A stretch of 63,801 nucleotides of DNA, filler included, from Olpidium bornovanus S191 (taxonomy: Eukaryota > Fungi > Olpidiomycota), in assembly GCA_017911155.1 (NCBI GenBank). It is 25 parts of 25 records of this genome, joined end to end, with 100 filler letters (N's around TTAATTAATTAA, not from the genome) between each part and the next. Parts side by side here need not be neighbours in the genome. Positions count along the whole stretch, not along the records: positions 37,676 to 42,924 come from JAEFCI010003631.1; positions 43,025 to 45,453 come from JAEFCI010007124.1; positions 45,554 to 46,609 come from JAEFCI010001423.1; positions 46,710 to 48,134 come from JAEFCI010012885.1; positions 48,235 to 51,487 come from JAEFCI010011717.1; 20 more parts are not named here. One strand, 5' to 3'. The stretch's first letter is position 1. Every line of letters starts with the position of its first letter. The notes beneath the pieces are model-generated. The model did no database searches and was not told the origin of the DNA. It saw only the letters and a list, made by a program, of their open reading frames with translations. Positions 38,056 through 49,452 of this stretch are shown one piece after another. The position numbers and the translations under genes are program-made.

Positions 38056-40063
38056 TTTTTTCTTTTTTTTGGAATGATGCAGGAATTTGACCTGCTCTTG
38101 TGGATCCTTTTTTTTGGCCAAAAAGGGCGATGAATCTCGATCCGGTGGCGATCCGGCAAAAGGCGTTCATTGTGCGCATCCCATTTGGATTTCCGGCGAC
38201 TTGTTCTCTTCTCCCTTTTTTTTTTTTTTTTTTTTTTTTTTGTTGAGGCCAGTATTCCGACAGTGAGAAGACCTGTCGTGATATCGCCTTTAGGATCTTT
38301 CGGAAGCTGCGGGGCTGCCGACACCTCGGGCAAATCACGTGCGGGTGTATGCGAATTCGGTGAGAGCAGAATTTCCGTCTGCGCGCACGCGCTTTTTCCG
38401 GTTTAGGACGTTGAGCCCTGTGGCGGGCGTAAATTATCGCGGTCAGACGTTTGACGCGCGCGCTTCGCCCGCTCTCCCTTTCCCCCCACCCCCGCACGCC
38501 GCTCACACCGGCGTCAGTCACCAATCGGCCTTTACCTGATGGTCGACGATCCCTCCACGAACTCGTACCTGCGCGCGGAGTTCCACGGGGACGTCAACTA
38601 CAAGGACTACAGCGTGTACGGGTCGCTGGTCAAGGCCGAAGCGCCTTTTCACTTCTTGTACAACGGGCCGGAGAGGAAGGACTATCCGGAGCTGTCTGTG
38701 CACTATCTGGGCAACAATCCGCCGGCGAACCCGCTGCGAAGCCTGACCTCCCGCTGGATCCAACCCCTGACGATGATCATTCCCGGGGACGACTCTGCGG
38801 TCAGCACGACCATCGGCCAAACCGTTGACCTTGACGACCTCGTCAAGTCCGTCGCCGTTGAGTGGCTGGCCGGATATTGGTACGTTTTTTCCCGCGCCAT
38901 TTCCCCCGGCGTTTCCCCCCTTCCAGCTTTTAGATCGAGAAACCGCAGAAATAATATATGTTTCTCCTCCCGCGCTTCAACGACCCGCGGTGCGGTTCCA
39001 GGCGAGGAGCGTGGGGATCGGCTGATACTTTCGTAATTTACGAAGATCCGATCACGGTAGGCACATTGGCAACGTGTGCTGAACTGGGCCTCTGCGCGTG
39101 CGACGGGCCGGGGGGTGGGGGGGAGGAGGGGGGGAAAAGGAGTTTGGGTTTTTCGGTAACGCAAAAATCATCCGATCCCAATGCGAAACCCGACGGCAAA
39201 TAAAAAAAAAATCTCGGAAACCCCAGGACAAGTGGTTCTACGTCTTGAGCGACGCCGCCGAGACCTTCGGGATCGGCCTGACGACCCCGGAATTCCCGGC
39301 CGACTTCGTGGCGCAGAGCTTTGAGCTGTACAGCTACAGGCGGCCGCGGCCCGTCGTCCAGAAACTGTTGTCGGCGCCGACGTACGCGAGCTACATGGCG
39401 TGGGGCGTCTCCGAGCTGGTCCGCACGGTGTTCAACCCGGGCGCGCTGGGGGCTCGCGTGCAGGCGGTCGCGGCGCGGATCCGGCCGGAGGTCGAGTGGG
39501 ACCGGGGCCTGACGCGGCCGTCGCCGGGCGAGGCGGACCTCTACGGGATCGCCGATTTCGATTCGGGCCTGAACGCCACCGCGCCGCGGGTGTTCTCGGC
39601 CGGCGGCGGCGCGGCGGCGAGCGAGTCGGCGGCGCCGACGCCGACGACCCAAGCGGCAGGGGGCGCGGGCGGGGCGGTCCCGGCGGCGCCCGGACCGACC
39701 GCCGCGGAGGCGCAGCTCACCGCCGGCACGGCGCAGCAGCTGCGCTCGGCGCTGGCCCAGGCGCCGGACCCGCCGGCGCCCGAAAGCCCCCGTGTGCCGG
39801 GCGTCGTGCTCGGCGTCCTCACCTGGATCAGCCAGCGGGCGGCCGCCGTCGCCGCCGAGCTCAAGGTGTCGCCGGACCCGCCCCTGACGGGCCCCGACCC
39901 CGACGCGACGCCGCCCAGCGTCGAGCAGCTCCAGCAGGGGCTCTCCCTCCTGTCCACGGCACCCGGCGGGCCGAAAGCGCCGCCGCCGGGGTCGCTCCTG
40001 GCCGTTGTCGTCGCCGCCGCCGCGCGGTTGGCCGCGGCGGCTCCGGTCTTCGGCGCGTGGTAG
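37677..40063 (+). CDS. cotH: CotH-family protein, probably 5'-partial (exons 37677-37715, 37849-37964, 38126-38171, 38294-38359, 38518-38879, 39002-39056, 39227-40063)
   Basis: YGRDEWKLRAMNLDPVAIRQKAFIDLSEAAGLPTPRANHVRVYANSSPIGLYLMVDD...AVEWLAGYWRGAWGSADTFVIYEDPITDKWFYVLSDAAETFGIG. All six introns are GT-AG and phase-consistent. Hydrophobic C-terminal tail. Confidence 0.85.
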
Positions 40064-41355
40064 GGCGGTTTTTTATTTTTGGTGGGGTTAAAAGTTCCTC
40101 GTATGCATTTGATCATCCCCGGGGAAAATATTTTGATTTTCTGGTTTCTTTTTTCTTTATTTTATTTTTTTTTTTTTTTTTTAGGTTTTTTCCCTTCAGT
40201 CGTCACCTTCGCCCTGGCCGACCCCGCCGGTTGTTTCAAACGGTTCAGAGAGGTCGATTTTTTTTTTTTTTTTTTTGGTTTTGTAACACGCATGTCCAGT
40301 AAACCTACAAATTACATATGCACCTCACCCCACCGCCGACCGCAAAACAATGCCCGTCATCCCTCATCCTTTCCGCACAGCGCAGCATCACCGGGGAACA
40401 CCAGAATAACTTAGCGGTGTTTCCCCTGACGTTTTATTTTTCAACATGTAGCATAATATTAAGCGATTGCACGCGCGAGCGCGCACACACGCACACATAC
40501 ACACGCAAACCGCCCACGTCGGCACTCCCCTCTTTCCCCTTTTTCTTCGAGAGGAACCTGTCGCAGAAGTCGCGTATTTTGTTTTTTTACGGCACGCCGT
40601 TTTTTTTCTTCTTTTTTTTTTTGCAAAGTCCGAATTGGTGGCCGGGGGGGGGGGGGAGGGGGGTTGGAAGGGGAAGGAGGAGGCTTGGGTTTGCATATTA
40701 TTTTGTTTTTATTTTCTTTTTCTTTTGTTTTTTTTTTTTTCCACCGGAAAGGCAACATTTTGTTGTTTTTTCTTTTTCTCTCGCACCGCGCGCGCGCGTT
40801 TCTTTTTTTTCTGTTCGCCCTTTTCCGGTTCCCCCTCGTCGCCCCCTCACTCGCCCCTTTCTTTTTACCTCCGCAGCTCGCCCGGCGCGTTTACGTACTT
40901 TTCGTTTTTCCAAACGTTCTTCCGGTGCCTCGCGCGACGACCTCTATCGTTCTCTCTCTCTCTCTCTCTCTCCTTCTTCCCCTTCTCGCGTTTCACTGCG
41001 CTCGACGCGCGCGGAGTGGCACGGAGGGGGGCGTTTTGCGCGCGCAGGGGAAACGCGGGGGACGCGGCGGCCGGCCGGGCCAATCAGCGGTCAACATCAA
41101 ATCAATCAATCAGACCGGCGGAAACGCAGGCGCAACTAAATGAAACTTCACTTTCGGCGGGCGGAAGGAGGGAAAGACGTCGCAGCAGCCGGCGCAGCAG
41201 CAGCAGGGCCGCGCGAGCCGGGGAGGACAAAAAGCCGCGGCCTGGACAACTCCTCTCCCACCCGCCCGCAACCGCCTTCCCCCCTCCTGTCCCGACCGAT
41301 ACCCCCTCCCCGCGAGAAAGCGCGCGGACGCGAGTCGGATTCCGCTGCTTCCACG

Positions 41356-41904
41356 ATGAAGGGCCCGTCCACCGCGGCATCTCTCCTCACCGCCGTCGCC
41401 CTCTGCATCCTTTTCCTCGTCGTCGCCTCGCCGGTGCCCGTCGCCGTCGCGCAGACCTCCGCGGCCGAGAGCGAAGAAGGGTCCTTCTCCTCCGCCGCCG
41501 CCGCGGAAGAGTCCGCTCTCGCCGCCGCCGCCACCCCGTCCGCCGGCGGCGGACCCGCGGACGAAGAGCCGAGCTCGGGGGCGCCGCCCGCGTCGTCGTC
41601 GGCCCCCGGCGGCAGCGCCGCCGCGACCACGTCCGCCTCCGCCGGCGCCTCGTCCGCCCCCACCTCAACGGGAACCGGCCTCTCGGCGGCCCCGACGCCC
41701 AGACCGACTTCGGGGCTCGGCGGCGGCGGCGGGTACAACTCCACCGCGGGCCTCGGGCCCAAGAACGGGACGAACGCCACCTTCGGCGTCAACACCACCG
41801 CCGCCAGCGGCACCGTCCGCCCTGCGGCGGCCGGCCTGGCGGACGCGTCGGGCGCGGTCCTGTTTCTGGGAACTGCCTTCGTGATCGCCAGGACGTGGTC
41901 CTGA
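41356..41904 (+). CDS. Secreted Ser/Thr/Ala-rich protein with probable GPI-anchor signal (182 aa, intronless)
   Basis: N-terminal MKGPSTAASLLTAVALCILFLVVASP, low-complexity S/T/A/G core with NST/NGT/NAT/NTT sequons, C-terminal ASGAVLFLGTAFVIARTWS. Confidence 0.8.
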   Translation: MKGPSTAASLLTAVALCILFLVVASPVPVAVAQTSAAESEEGSFSSAAAAEESALAAAATPSAGGGPADEEPSSGAPPASSSAPGGSAAATTSASAGASSAPTSTGTGLSAAPTPRPTSGLGGGGGYNSTAGLGPKNGTNATFGVNTTAASGTVRPAAAGLADASGAVLFLGTAFVIARTWS

Positions 41905-43024
41905 GGAGAGGGGGCGGGCGGGCGGGCGGGCGTGCGGAAGAGAAGGCGGTCGTTCGTGGGGCGAAAATGGGCGCCGAATCGACTAGGTGAGGAAAGCTTT
42001 TCCCTTTTTTTCCCTTTTTTTTTTTTTTTTTTCGCCCCCCCCCCCCCCCCCCCCTTTTTTTTTTTTGTTGGTCGCCGTCGTCTTTGTTCGTCGTTGTTCC
42101 GCCTTTGCAAAACTCCAGGCGAGCGTGTTTTTTTCTTGCGTTTTTTTTTTTTTTTTTTTTTTCTTTCGTGTTTTGACCGCGGACCCGGATAAGCGGGAGG
42201 GTTTTCGTGGCGTTTCGCGGATGGTCAATTGCGCAAGACGCGTCGCCTTCCTGCCTTCCCCCCATCCCACCTCTAGCGGGTCGCCGCAACGCGGAAACCA
42301 CTTGCTAAAACGCGCCAAAAACGCCGCCTCCTTCCTTCGTCGCCTTCCTCTTCCCAGACCGACGCACGGCCGACGCGCCTAGATCCCCCCCCCCCCCCCC
42401 CCCCCGCCCCGCCCGCCCCGCCCGCCCCACCCCGCACCCCCGCGCCCCTCCTCCCTACCAACACGGCACATGCAACAGAACCAAGCGAGTCCACTCGGGA
42501 TCAAGGCGACCGCTTCTTTCTCAATCGCAACCGCAAGTTTCATTTACCCTTTTTCTCTCACTCTCTCTAATTATTTCGTGCCGTATGACAGTAGCCGTTC
42601 TGCACTTCCGAAAAGCACGAAACCTGCATTCCCCTTTTTCAACCCATTTTGTTTTTTTTCCCTTGGCAATTCGAGTCGAATATTTACGCGAACTTTTCCA
42701 ACCCCGGTTTTCGCTTTTTTTTTTTTTTTTTCGGGCAGACGGCGGGCTTGATATACCCCACGCCCACGTCGTCTCCGTCCCGCCAGTTCCTCGGGGGCAA
42801 AAATAATAATAAAAAATTCTAAAAAACATTTGAAAGGACCAATCTTCTCCTCTATCTGTCTCTCTGTCGCGACCCGCCCTAATAAAAAAAAACGGTTTTG
42901 AAGTATACGCCGTGGGGGTCATGANNNNNNNNNNNNNNNNNNNNNNNNNNNNNNNNNNNNNNNNNNNNTTAATTAATTAANNNNNNNNNNNNNNNNNNNN
43001 NNNNNNNNNNNNNNNNNNNNNNNN

Positions 43025-43148
43025 AGCCACCCGTTTTTTGGCATTGGACCTGATATCTGGATATCACCAACTGCGGATTCATTCTGAGGACATCCCAAAA
43101 CCCGCTTTTAATACAAGATACGGCCATTTCGAATGGGTTGTCATGTGA
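43025..43148 (+). mobile_element. Ty3/gypsy reverse transcriptase fragment
   Basis: [40 protein letters not shown] (DLxSGYHQ...TAF...GHFE motif), truncated where PFG is expected. Confidence 0.9.
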
Positions 43149-43224
43149 ACTCCTCGCCGCGAGCTTTGCTTTTCTCGGTTTGCCCCGCCGACCAATTTTT
43201 TTTGGGTTGTGTTCTTTGTGACAG

Positions 43225-43436
43225 TCGTCAGTGAAGCGTTGGAGCGCATCAAAACCAACATCGGCACGCTGCAGCCGCGCATCGAGCGAGCCGTTGCCCT
43301 GGAAGAGGAGCGCTTCAAGCGGGAGCGCGAAGAGCAGCTAAAGCGCGTCGAGGAGTTTCGGAAAAGCCGCAAAGACGAACAGGACGCCATTGCCATCGCG
43401 GAGACAGCCGCCTGCCCCAGGGCGCCCACGCCGTAG
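43225..43436 (+). CDS. Possible terminal exon of a coiled-coil protein
   Basis: Pyrimidine tract plus CAG acceptor, then VSEALERIKTNIGTLQPRIERAVALEEERFKREREEQLKRVEEFRK. Confidence 0.5.
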
Positions 43437-43699
43437 TTGGCAGAGGATGGGGGGAGGGTGGGGGGAGGGTGGGGGGGAGGGGGTCACTAAAGCGTTTCCG
43501 CTAATTCCAGGCCGGTTCCTCCACATAATAAGTATTTACGGTCGCATCGGAAGTGGTGGGGAGGGAGGATGCGATGCGCGGACCATTCTCGCCGCAGGCC
43601 GAATTGTAGCTTGCAATTTCAAGCGACTCTGCGTCACGTTGTCGTCGGGTTGTGGGCTGAACTCGCTCCCCGAACAAACGTGTCGAAACGGAGGCCGAG

Positions 43700-43860
43700 A
43701 CTCGGGAAATTCGCGAGAAAGTTGTTCGGCCCGGACGTCATTTTGCTAAGCTCTTGGGAGGTGTGGTGACCTTCGTCTTGCGGGAGTTGGACGGAACGCT
43801 TTTGAAGGGGAAATTGGCAGGGAAGCAGTTAAAACTTCTCAGAAGGAAAGGAGAAACTTA
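43700..43860 (+). mobile_element. Ty3/gypsy integrase C-terminal (GPY-like) remnant
   Basis: KFARKLFGP...(frameshift)...TFVLRELDGTLLKGKLAGKQLKLL. Confidence 0.65.
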
Positions 43861-45690
43861 CGAGCTGCTTGGGTCTAAAGTCGAAAACGGTGAAGAACCG
43901 GGGGCTGCCGGTTGCTCGGACAACCAGAAGACCGACAGGCACCGGTCAGCAAACGTCGCGGAGACGCGAATGGCACCAACAGACGGACTCAGGAAGCGTA
44001 TGGCCCTTTGCCCGTAGGGAGAGGTCCAGCCAGCGTGAGGAGGGTCCGGGCTTCCTTGGTTCATAGTTGCGTTACAAAGGGGGCGCCGTCCCGACAGTCC
44101 GCGTGGACGGGCCCTCGGTTACCTGGCCTGCGGTCGTGTCACGAAGAGAAGCGCGCGATCCAGGCCGTCCGCCGAAACGGGTCCTTATGGCGCCGGCCTG
44201 CACGCGCGCAGCAGCTCCAAATGTCCCGCCGTTCGTCCGTTGTTTTACTTTTACTACAGATATAAAGAGAGGACTTTTCCAGTCAGTCAGTCAGAGGGGG
44301 TTCAGGCGAGGGGAGGGGGGGGTTCAGGAGGTTAATGGGGGGGATTCTCAGCGGGTGTGAAAGTGGCGGGGTGGTGGCTCCGACTCGGCCTTTTCCGACC
44401 ACGTCCCCTCATTAAATTTCCCGCGCTTGTCCCTCGCCGCCCCGCCGCCGCCCCGCCGCCCGCCGCGCCCGCCCCCGCTCTCCGCGCGTGAACGCTGTCC
44501 CGTCGTTGTCGCGCACTACTGTGGTTGTCGCAGTCGCAACCGCGCAATGAGTCCCCCGGTCAACCGAACGATGAAGCTCCCGGTCGACCGCACGCTACCA
44601 AACGGCCGGGAGTGGGCAATAGCCGGTTACGTGGTCATGCTGGGCGGGATGTGCCTTCAATACCACGTGTTCACGCCGATGGTTATGCGCTGGAGAGCCA
44701 CCCGAGCCGGCAACGCCGCGCGCGCTGCAGAGTCGGTCAGACGAAAGCAGGGCAACAGAGCAGTGCGATGAAACCATCTCCGGCACGACGCTTGTATGAG
44801 CCAGCCGAGGTGTTCGTCAGCGGCGCCAGTGGCGGCCATCCTTCACATTGCCGCCATCGGTGGCGCCTCGGGGGGCCCAGTAAGGGTGCCGGAACGAATA
44901 AGGTATGGAAGGAAAGGGAGAGCTCTTGCGACATATGATCCGCGTAGCCGCTGCCCTCTGCCTGCATGTACGGCATTACCGGGGAACATTGGAGATCGTG
45001 GCGGATAGCCACGTTCTCCAAAAAGTATTTTTTTTCTCTGAATTTTCTACCAATCACATCTGGAACAAAATGACATATGACGTGACTACACACAAGCCCA
45101 CGCAGTGTACACGTATTCTTAGCGAAAGCACAGTCCTACTGCACGCAGGATCTAGCTTGACACCCCGGACGACGTGGAGGAAAATCCTCACAATTATGCT
45201 GCCTAAACTGGGGTGAGGGCGGCAGGGAAGAGGAATTGGCCACGAACCGACCAAAACAGGTCAACAGCGGCGAGTCGTAGGCAAAAGCCGGGAACCAGAG
45301 CAGCATGTGACGACCAAAAGTAGCGGAGAATAATTTGCCAAGAACATCCTCAATTGCGATGACGGCATGCAAATAAATACAGTCCGCGTCAGAACAGCCT
45401 CTTCAGGCTGCTGTTGAACCCAGATATCCCTTCCTTCGCCCCATCTTTTCCGGNNNNNNNNNNNNNNNNNNNNNNNNNNNNNNNNNNNNNNNNNNNNTTA
45501 ATTAATTAANNNNNNNNNNNNNNNNNNNNNNNNNNNNNNNNNNNNNNNNNNNNAAAAAAAAAAAAACGCGCTGAAAGCGTGCCGACGGAGGGCTTTATTT
45601 TCTGTGACGGCCGGTCGGCGCGAACAACCAAGCGCCGCCGCCCAGTCCTCCCCTGTCCGACGGCGACCACGGGGGGTTGTTCCTGTTTGC

Positions 45691-45725
<35 letters not shown>

Positions 45726-45783
45726 GCGGGCGCGTGCCGCGGCGGGTTTTGTTTTCGAAACTGCGCACGCCTGCGGGGGATTT

Positions 45784-45833
<50 letters not shown>

Positions 45834-47505
45834 GCACCAGAAGATTCGCGAAGGGCTCCGCAACCCCCCCGCCCGACCGGTTTTTCGCAGTTCCTCTGAA
45901 AAAAAAAATATGGGGGAGCTTTTGCCAGACACCTCCCCGCGGTGCGCCTTCCCCCCCCCCCCCCCCCCCCCCCCCCCCGGGCGCCCCCCCCCCCCCCCCC
46001 CCCCCCCAGCCTCCCCGGGGCAACGAACGGGGTCTCATCTGCTCCCGGCAGTGACCGGCTGCGAAAAGTTTTTTGCACGACCCGAGTTGGGGGGGGGGGG
46101 GAAGGGGGAATTGGCCCCCCTTTCGTGACTTTTCGGACCGGTCTCCGGTTATTTTTTTTTTCCCTCTTTTCTTCATTTACTTTATTGCATTAATAATGGA
46201 TTGGATTCAAACCAAGTCTGTCCTGTAATACCATAACTCAAGGTTTCGTGACTTTTCGGACACGTTTCCGGTTAACTTTTTCTTTTTCTTTTTTTTTCCC
46301 CTCTTTCCTCTTTTCCGCCCCTCCCCTTCAACCCCCCTCCCTCCATACAGAAGAAAACACTATAAAACAGAAATCGGGCGTTTATCAAGGCGGTATAAAG
46401 GGCTTATTATGAGAAAGACGACTCGCCGGGGGTGGGAGTCCTCGCGCTGCGCGTCAGAGTTACGTCAGGGAATCGTTTGGAGAGTGGGGGGGGATCGGGA
46501 GAAGGGGGTCGCGCGCGCGTCGGGAAGTCGTCTGCGCCTCTTTTTTTCCCCGGGCAAAAAAAAAAAAAAAAAACGGGGCAAAAAAAAAAAAAAAAAAAAA
46601 AATCTCTTANNNNNNNNNNNNNNNNNNNNNNNNNNNNNNNNNNNNNNNNNNNNTTAATTAATTAANNNNNNNNNNNNNNNNNNNNNNNNNNNNNNNNNNN
46701 NNNNNNNNNCATGCGGAGGCTCCTTTGTGCGCTGTCACAGAGGACCAAGGGCGGCTCTCCCGGGGTGCGTGTGGGCGCGGGTCTCTGACGGTCGGCCACC
46801 GTAGCAGAGGTCCCAAGCGCGCAGCATTATCCGGGGGCCGCTGGACGTTCGACATCCCCGGCAACATCCTCCGCCACAGGCCTTTTTGGTTTTTTGCCAG
46901 TGCGTTTGACTGACGCATTTCCCGATTTCCATCTTTTCGCGCTCCGGGGCAGATCATGGTCAACCTTCTCGACGAGGTGATGGTGCCGGGGGTGTTGGAG
47001 GTATTGCTGGCTGACCGGGAGGGCCTGCAGAAATGGTGCCAGCACGCGTTGTCCTGGCCTGAGGAGACACGTGTGTGGAACCGGTTTGGGGCCCTCTTCG
47101 GGGATCGGGAGCTCTGCTACCCTCGTGTAAAGGAAGCTTGGGGGCGTCGTGCTAAGCCTGGGCACCCACGAACCTTGGCGCGCCGCCAAGGAGCTGCGGT
47201 CTGCCTCACCCAGAGCTGCGTGCCAAGTGCCTGGGGAAATTCATGTCCAGCCTGCCGTCCGAGAAAGTGCCTGCGACATCGGAATGTGTCTCCCTGTCGT
47301 GCCTGAGGGAGGTCGATCCGGAGCGCAAGATGCAAGAATGCTGGATCTTTGCTGACACCATGGCCGTCGTCGGGGGCTTCCGGCGGAACTTCGCGACAAC
47401 GGCAACTTCGAACCGTTGGCTCCGTAAGTGCTGCGGACGAATGTGCGCAGTGCGGATGAATGTGTGCAAAGGCGAAGAGCGCGCGCTGCGGCAGTGAGTC
47501 AGACC

Positions 47506-47600
47506 GACATGAAAGATTCTGTTACCGTTAAGCAAGCTTTGGAATCTCCTCAGGCCCCAGCCTGGAAGGACGCTATGGCTTCAGAAGTAACAAGCATACG
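47506..47600 (+). mobile_element. Ty1/copia integrase-RT linker remnant
   Basis: DMKDSVTVKQALESPQAPAWKDAMASEVTSI (EPxTxxEAL...WxxAMxxExxS motif), then it breaks off into simple repeats. Confidence 0.7.
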
Positions 47601-48234
47601 CTTGTTAATTATACAGGTTTTACTGTACCCTTTGTTTCTTCTCTCTCTGTCTCTCGCTTTTTTTTTCTCTCCAACTCTCTCTCTCTCTCCTTCCTCCGCT
47701 GGCGGCAATGAGCGCACTCCCATCTTTTTTTTTTTCACGCAGCCCCGGGCGTAACTGTATTTTCTCTCTCACTCTTTCCTCCATTGGCGGCATTGCGCGC
47801 GCGCGCATTTTTCGTTTTTTTTTTTTTTTTTGCAGTGGGAGGAAGAAAGTTGAGCACCGCCTGGTCGCAGCATCTGTGGACAGCTGAGCTGTTGGCGGAG
47901 AACGCGGACGGCTGAATGCCGTCAGAGGTGAACAAGGCTGGACGCGGTCGGCGGCGAACACGGATGAAAGCAGTCAGCGGTGAACGCGGCGTGGACGGCT
48001 GATGGCCACAGCCCATGCACTACCTCGTGACTTTGCAAAAAAAAGAAGGGAACCAAACGCCATCGTCCTCCTGCCATCCTCTGTCTCCGTTCACCGGAAC
48101 GGACTTTTAAGTGTTCCTGACACCAATGCTAATCNNNNNNNNNNNNNNNNNNNNNNNNNNNNNNNNNNNNNNNNNNNNTTAATTAATTAANNNNNNNNNN
48201 NNNNNNNNNNNNNNNNNNNNNNNNNNNNNNNNNN

Positions 48235-48270
<36 letters not shown>

Positions 48271-48892
48271 AAAAAAACAGTTAACGGGAGAGGCGGAAAC
48301 AAGGGGAAAAAAAAGATGCCGCATCGAAACGAGCTTCACCGCGAGCCTTGGCAGCAGCCGCGCCCCGCTCCTGTGCCAGACATGGGCGTCCCGACCTTTC
48401 CGGGGGCGCCCTCCTCCTCCTCGCCGGATGCGTCGTATCAGAGTCCTTGCCGCCCGAAGAGCGTCCCGGACTCTGCCCGGAAGATCCTGGTGGCCCGCCA
48501 CCTTGTCACGCCCGGCAGCCCAACGGCAGACGATCCCCGCGGGAATGACGCCTTCAGTTTCCCCGTGGTGCCGGACGCCGCCGGAGTGTCGTCGTCGTCG
48601 GCCTCGGATTCGTCCGCGGTGCCGGAGAAAGACCCGCGGCGAAGGCGTCAGGCCGCGTTTTCAGGACAAGCGCGCGGCACGCGGGGCGGACAAGAGCCAG
48701 TACTGCACGCAAGCAGGAACGCTGCTCCCTCTTCGGCGCGCACGGTCACGCCGTGCGAATTAAGATATTGCGGATCTGCTGCGGCACTCACATGCAATGG
48801 CACACTCTTTCTCGGTCGGAACGGGGCCCGTCTGCTCTGCTCTGCTGGGGAATGCGAGCGAATTCCGCCCCTGTAGGCCTTAGTGGACTTCG

Positions 48893-49430
48893 CCCTCCCG
48901 CCCTTGCTTGCGGCACTGCCGGCCGCGCGCCCCGCGTTCAGCGCGCCGCCGTCTGCCGCAGGAAGGCCCTCGGCGCGCGGCACTCGCGGGAGGCGGCGCG
49001 CGCACGCCCCGTCGTCGGGCGGCCGCAACGGTGATCTCCACCACCGTCGCGATGGTGCCCTCACCCGCCCCAGCCGCCGCGCCCGGCGCGCCCGGCGGAG
49101 CGTGGTCGCGGGCGCGGCCGCGCACCGATTCGCGGAGCCGCGCGTACTCACCCTCGCAGCGGTTCCGCCGGACATTCCGCCCGCGCTCGTCACTGCGCTC
49201 GCGGAGTTTCTTAACCGGCCCCACCCTTAGGAACTGCACGCCACGGCGGGCGTCTGCTTCAAGCGGCGGCGCCGGCAGCGGGGGGAATAGAAGAGACCCC
49301 CGTCCCCACCGCCGGCGAAGGAGACGGGGGCGGGCGCCGCCTCCGTGGGGCCCCCAGTGCGCGAGCCGGCGGCACCGACGGTCGGCCGGAAGCTTTGAAC
49401 GCCGCGCACGCCGCTTCGCCGCGGCCCCAC
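48893..49430 (+). repeat. GC-rich dispersed repeat, homologous to 58700-59270 (minus strand)
   Basis: Shared blocks such as GGCACTCGCGGGAGGCGGCGCGCGC, CCACCACCGTCGCGATGGTG, GATTCGCGGAGCCGCGCGTACTCACCCTCGCAGCG and AGAGACCCCCGTCCCCACCGCCGGCGAAGGAG. Confidence 0.92.
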
Positions 49431-49452
49431 GACGTGCTCGGCGTCGTGTGGT

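Noticed and set aside
46180-46470. snRNA, tRNA or rRNA gene
   Set aside because: No U1/U2/U4/U5/U6, tRNA cloverleaf or rRNA signature was recognised here or elsewhere in the window.
46710-47500. Coding gene or LINE fragment
   Set aside because: Only short ORFs with no recognisable motif; could not be supported.
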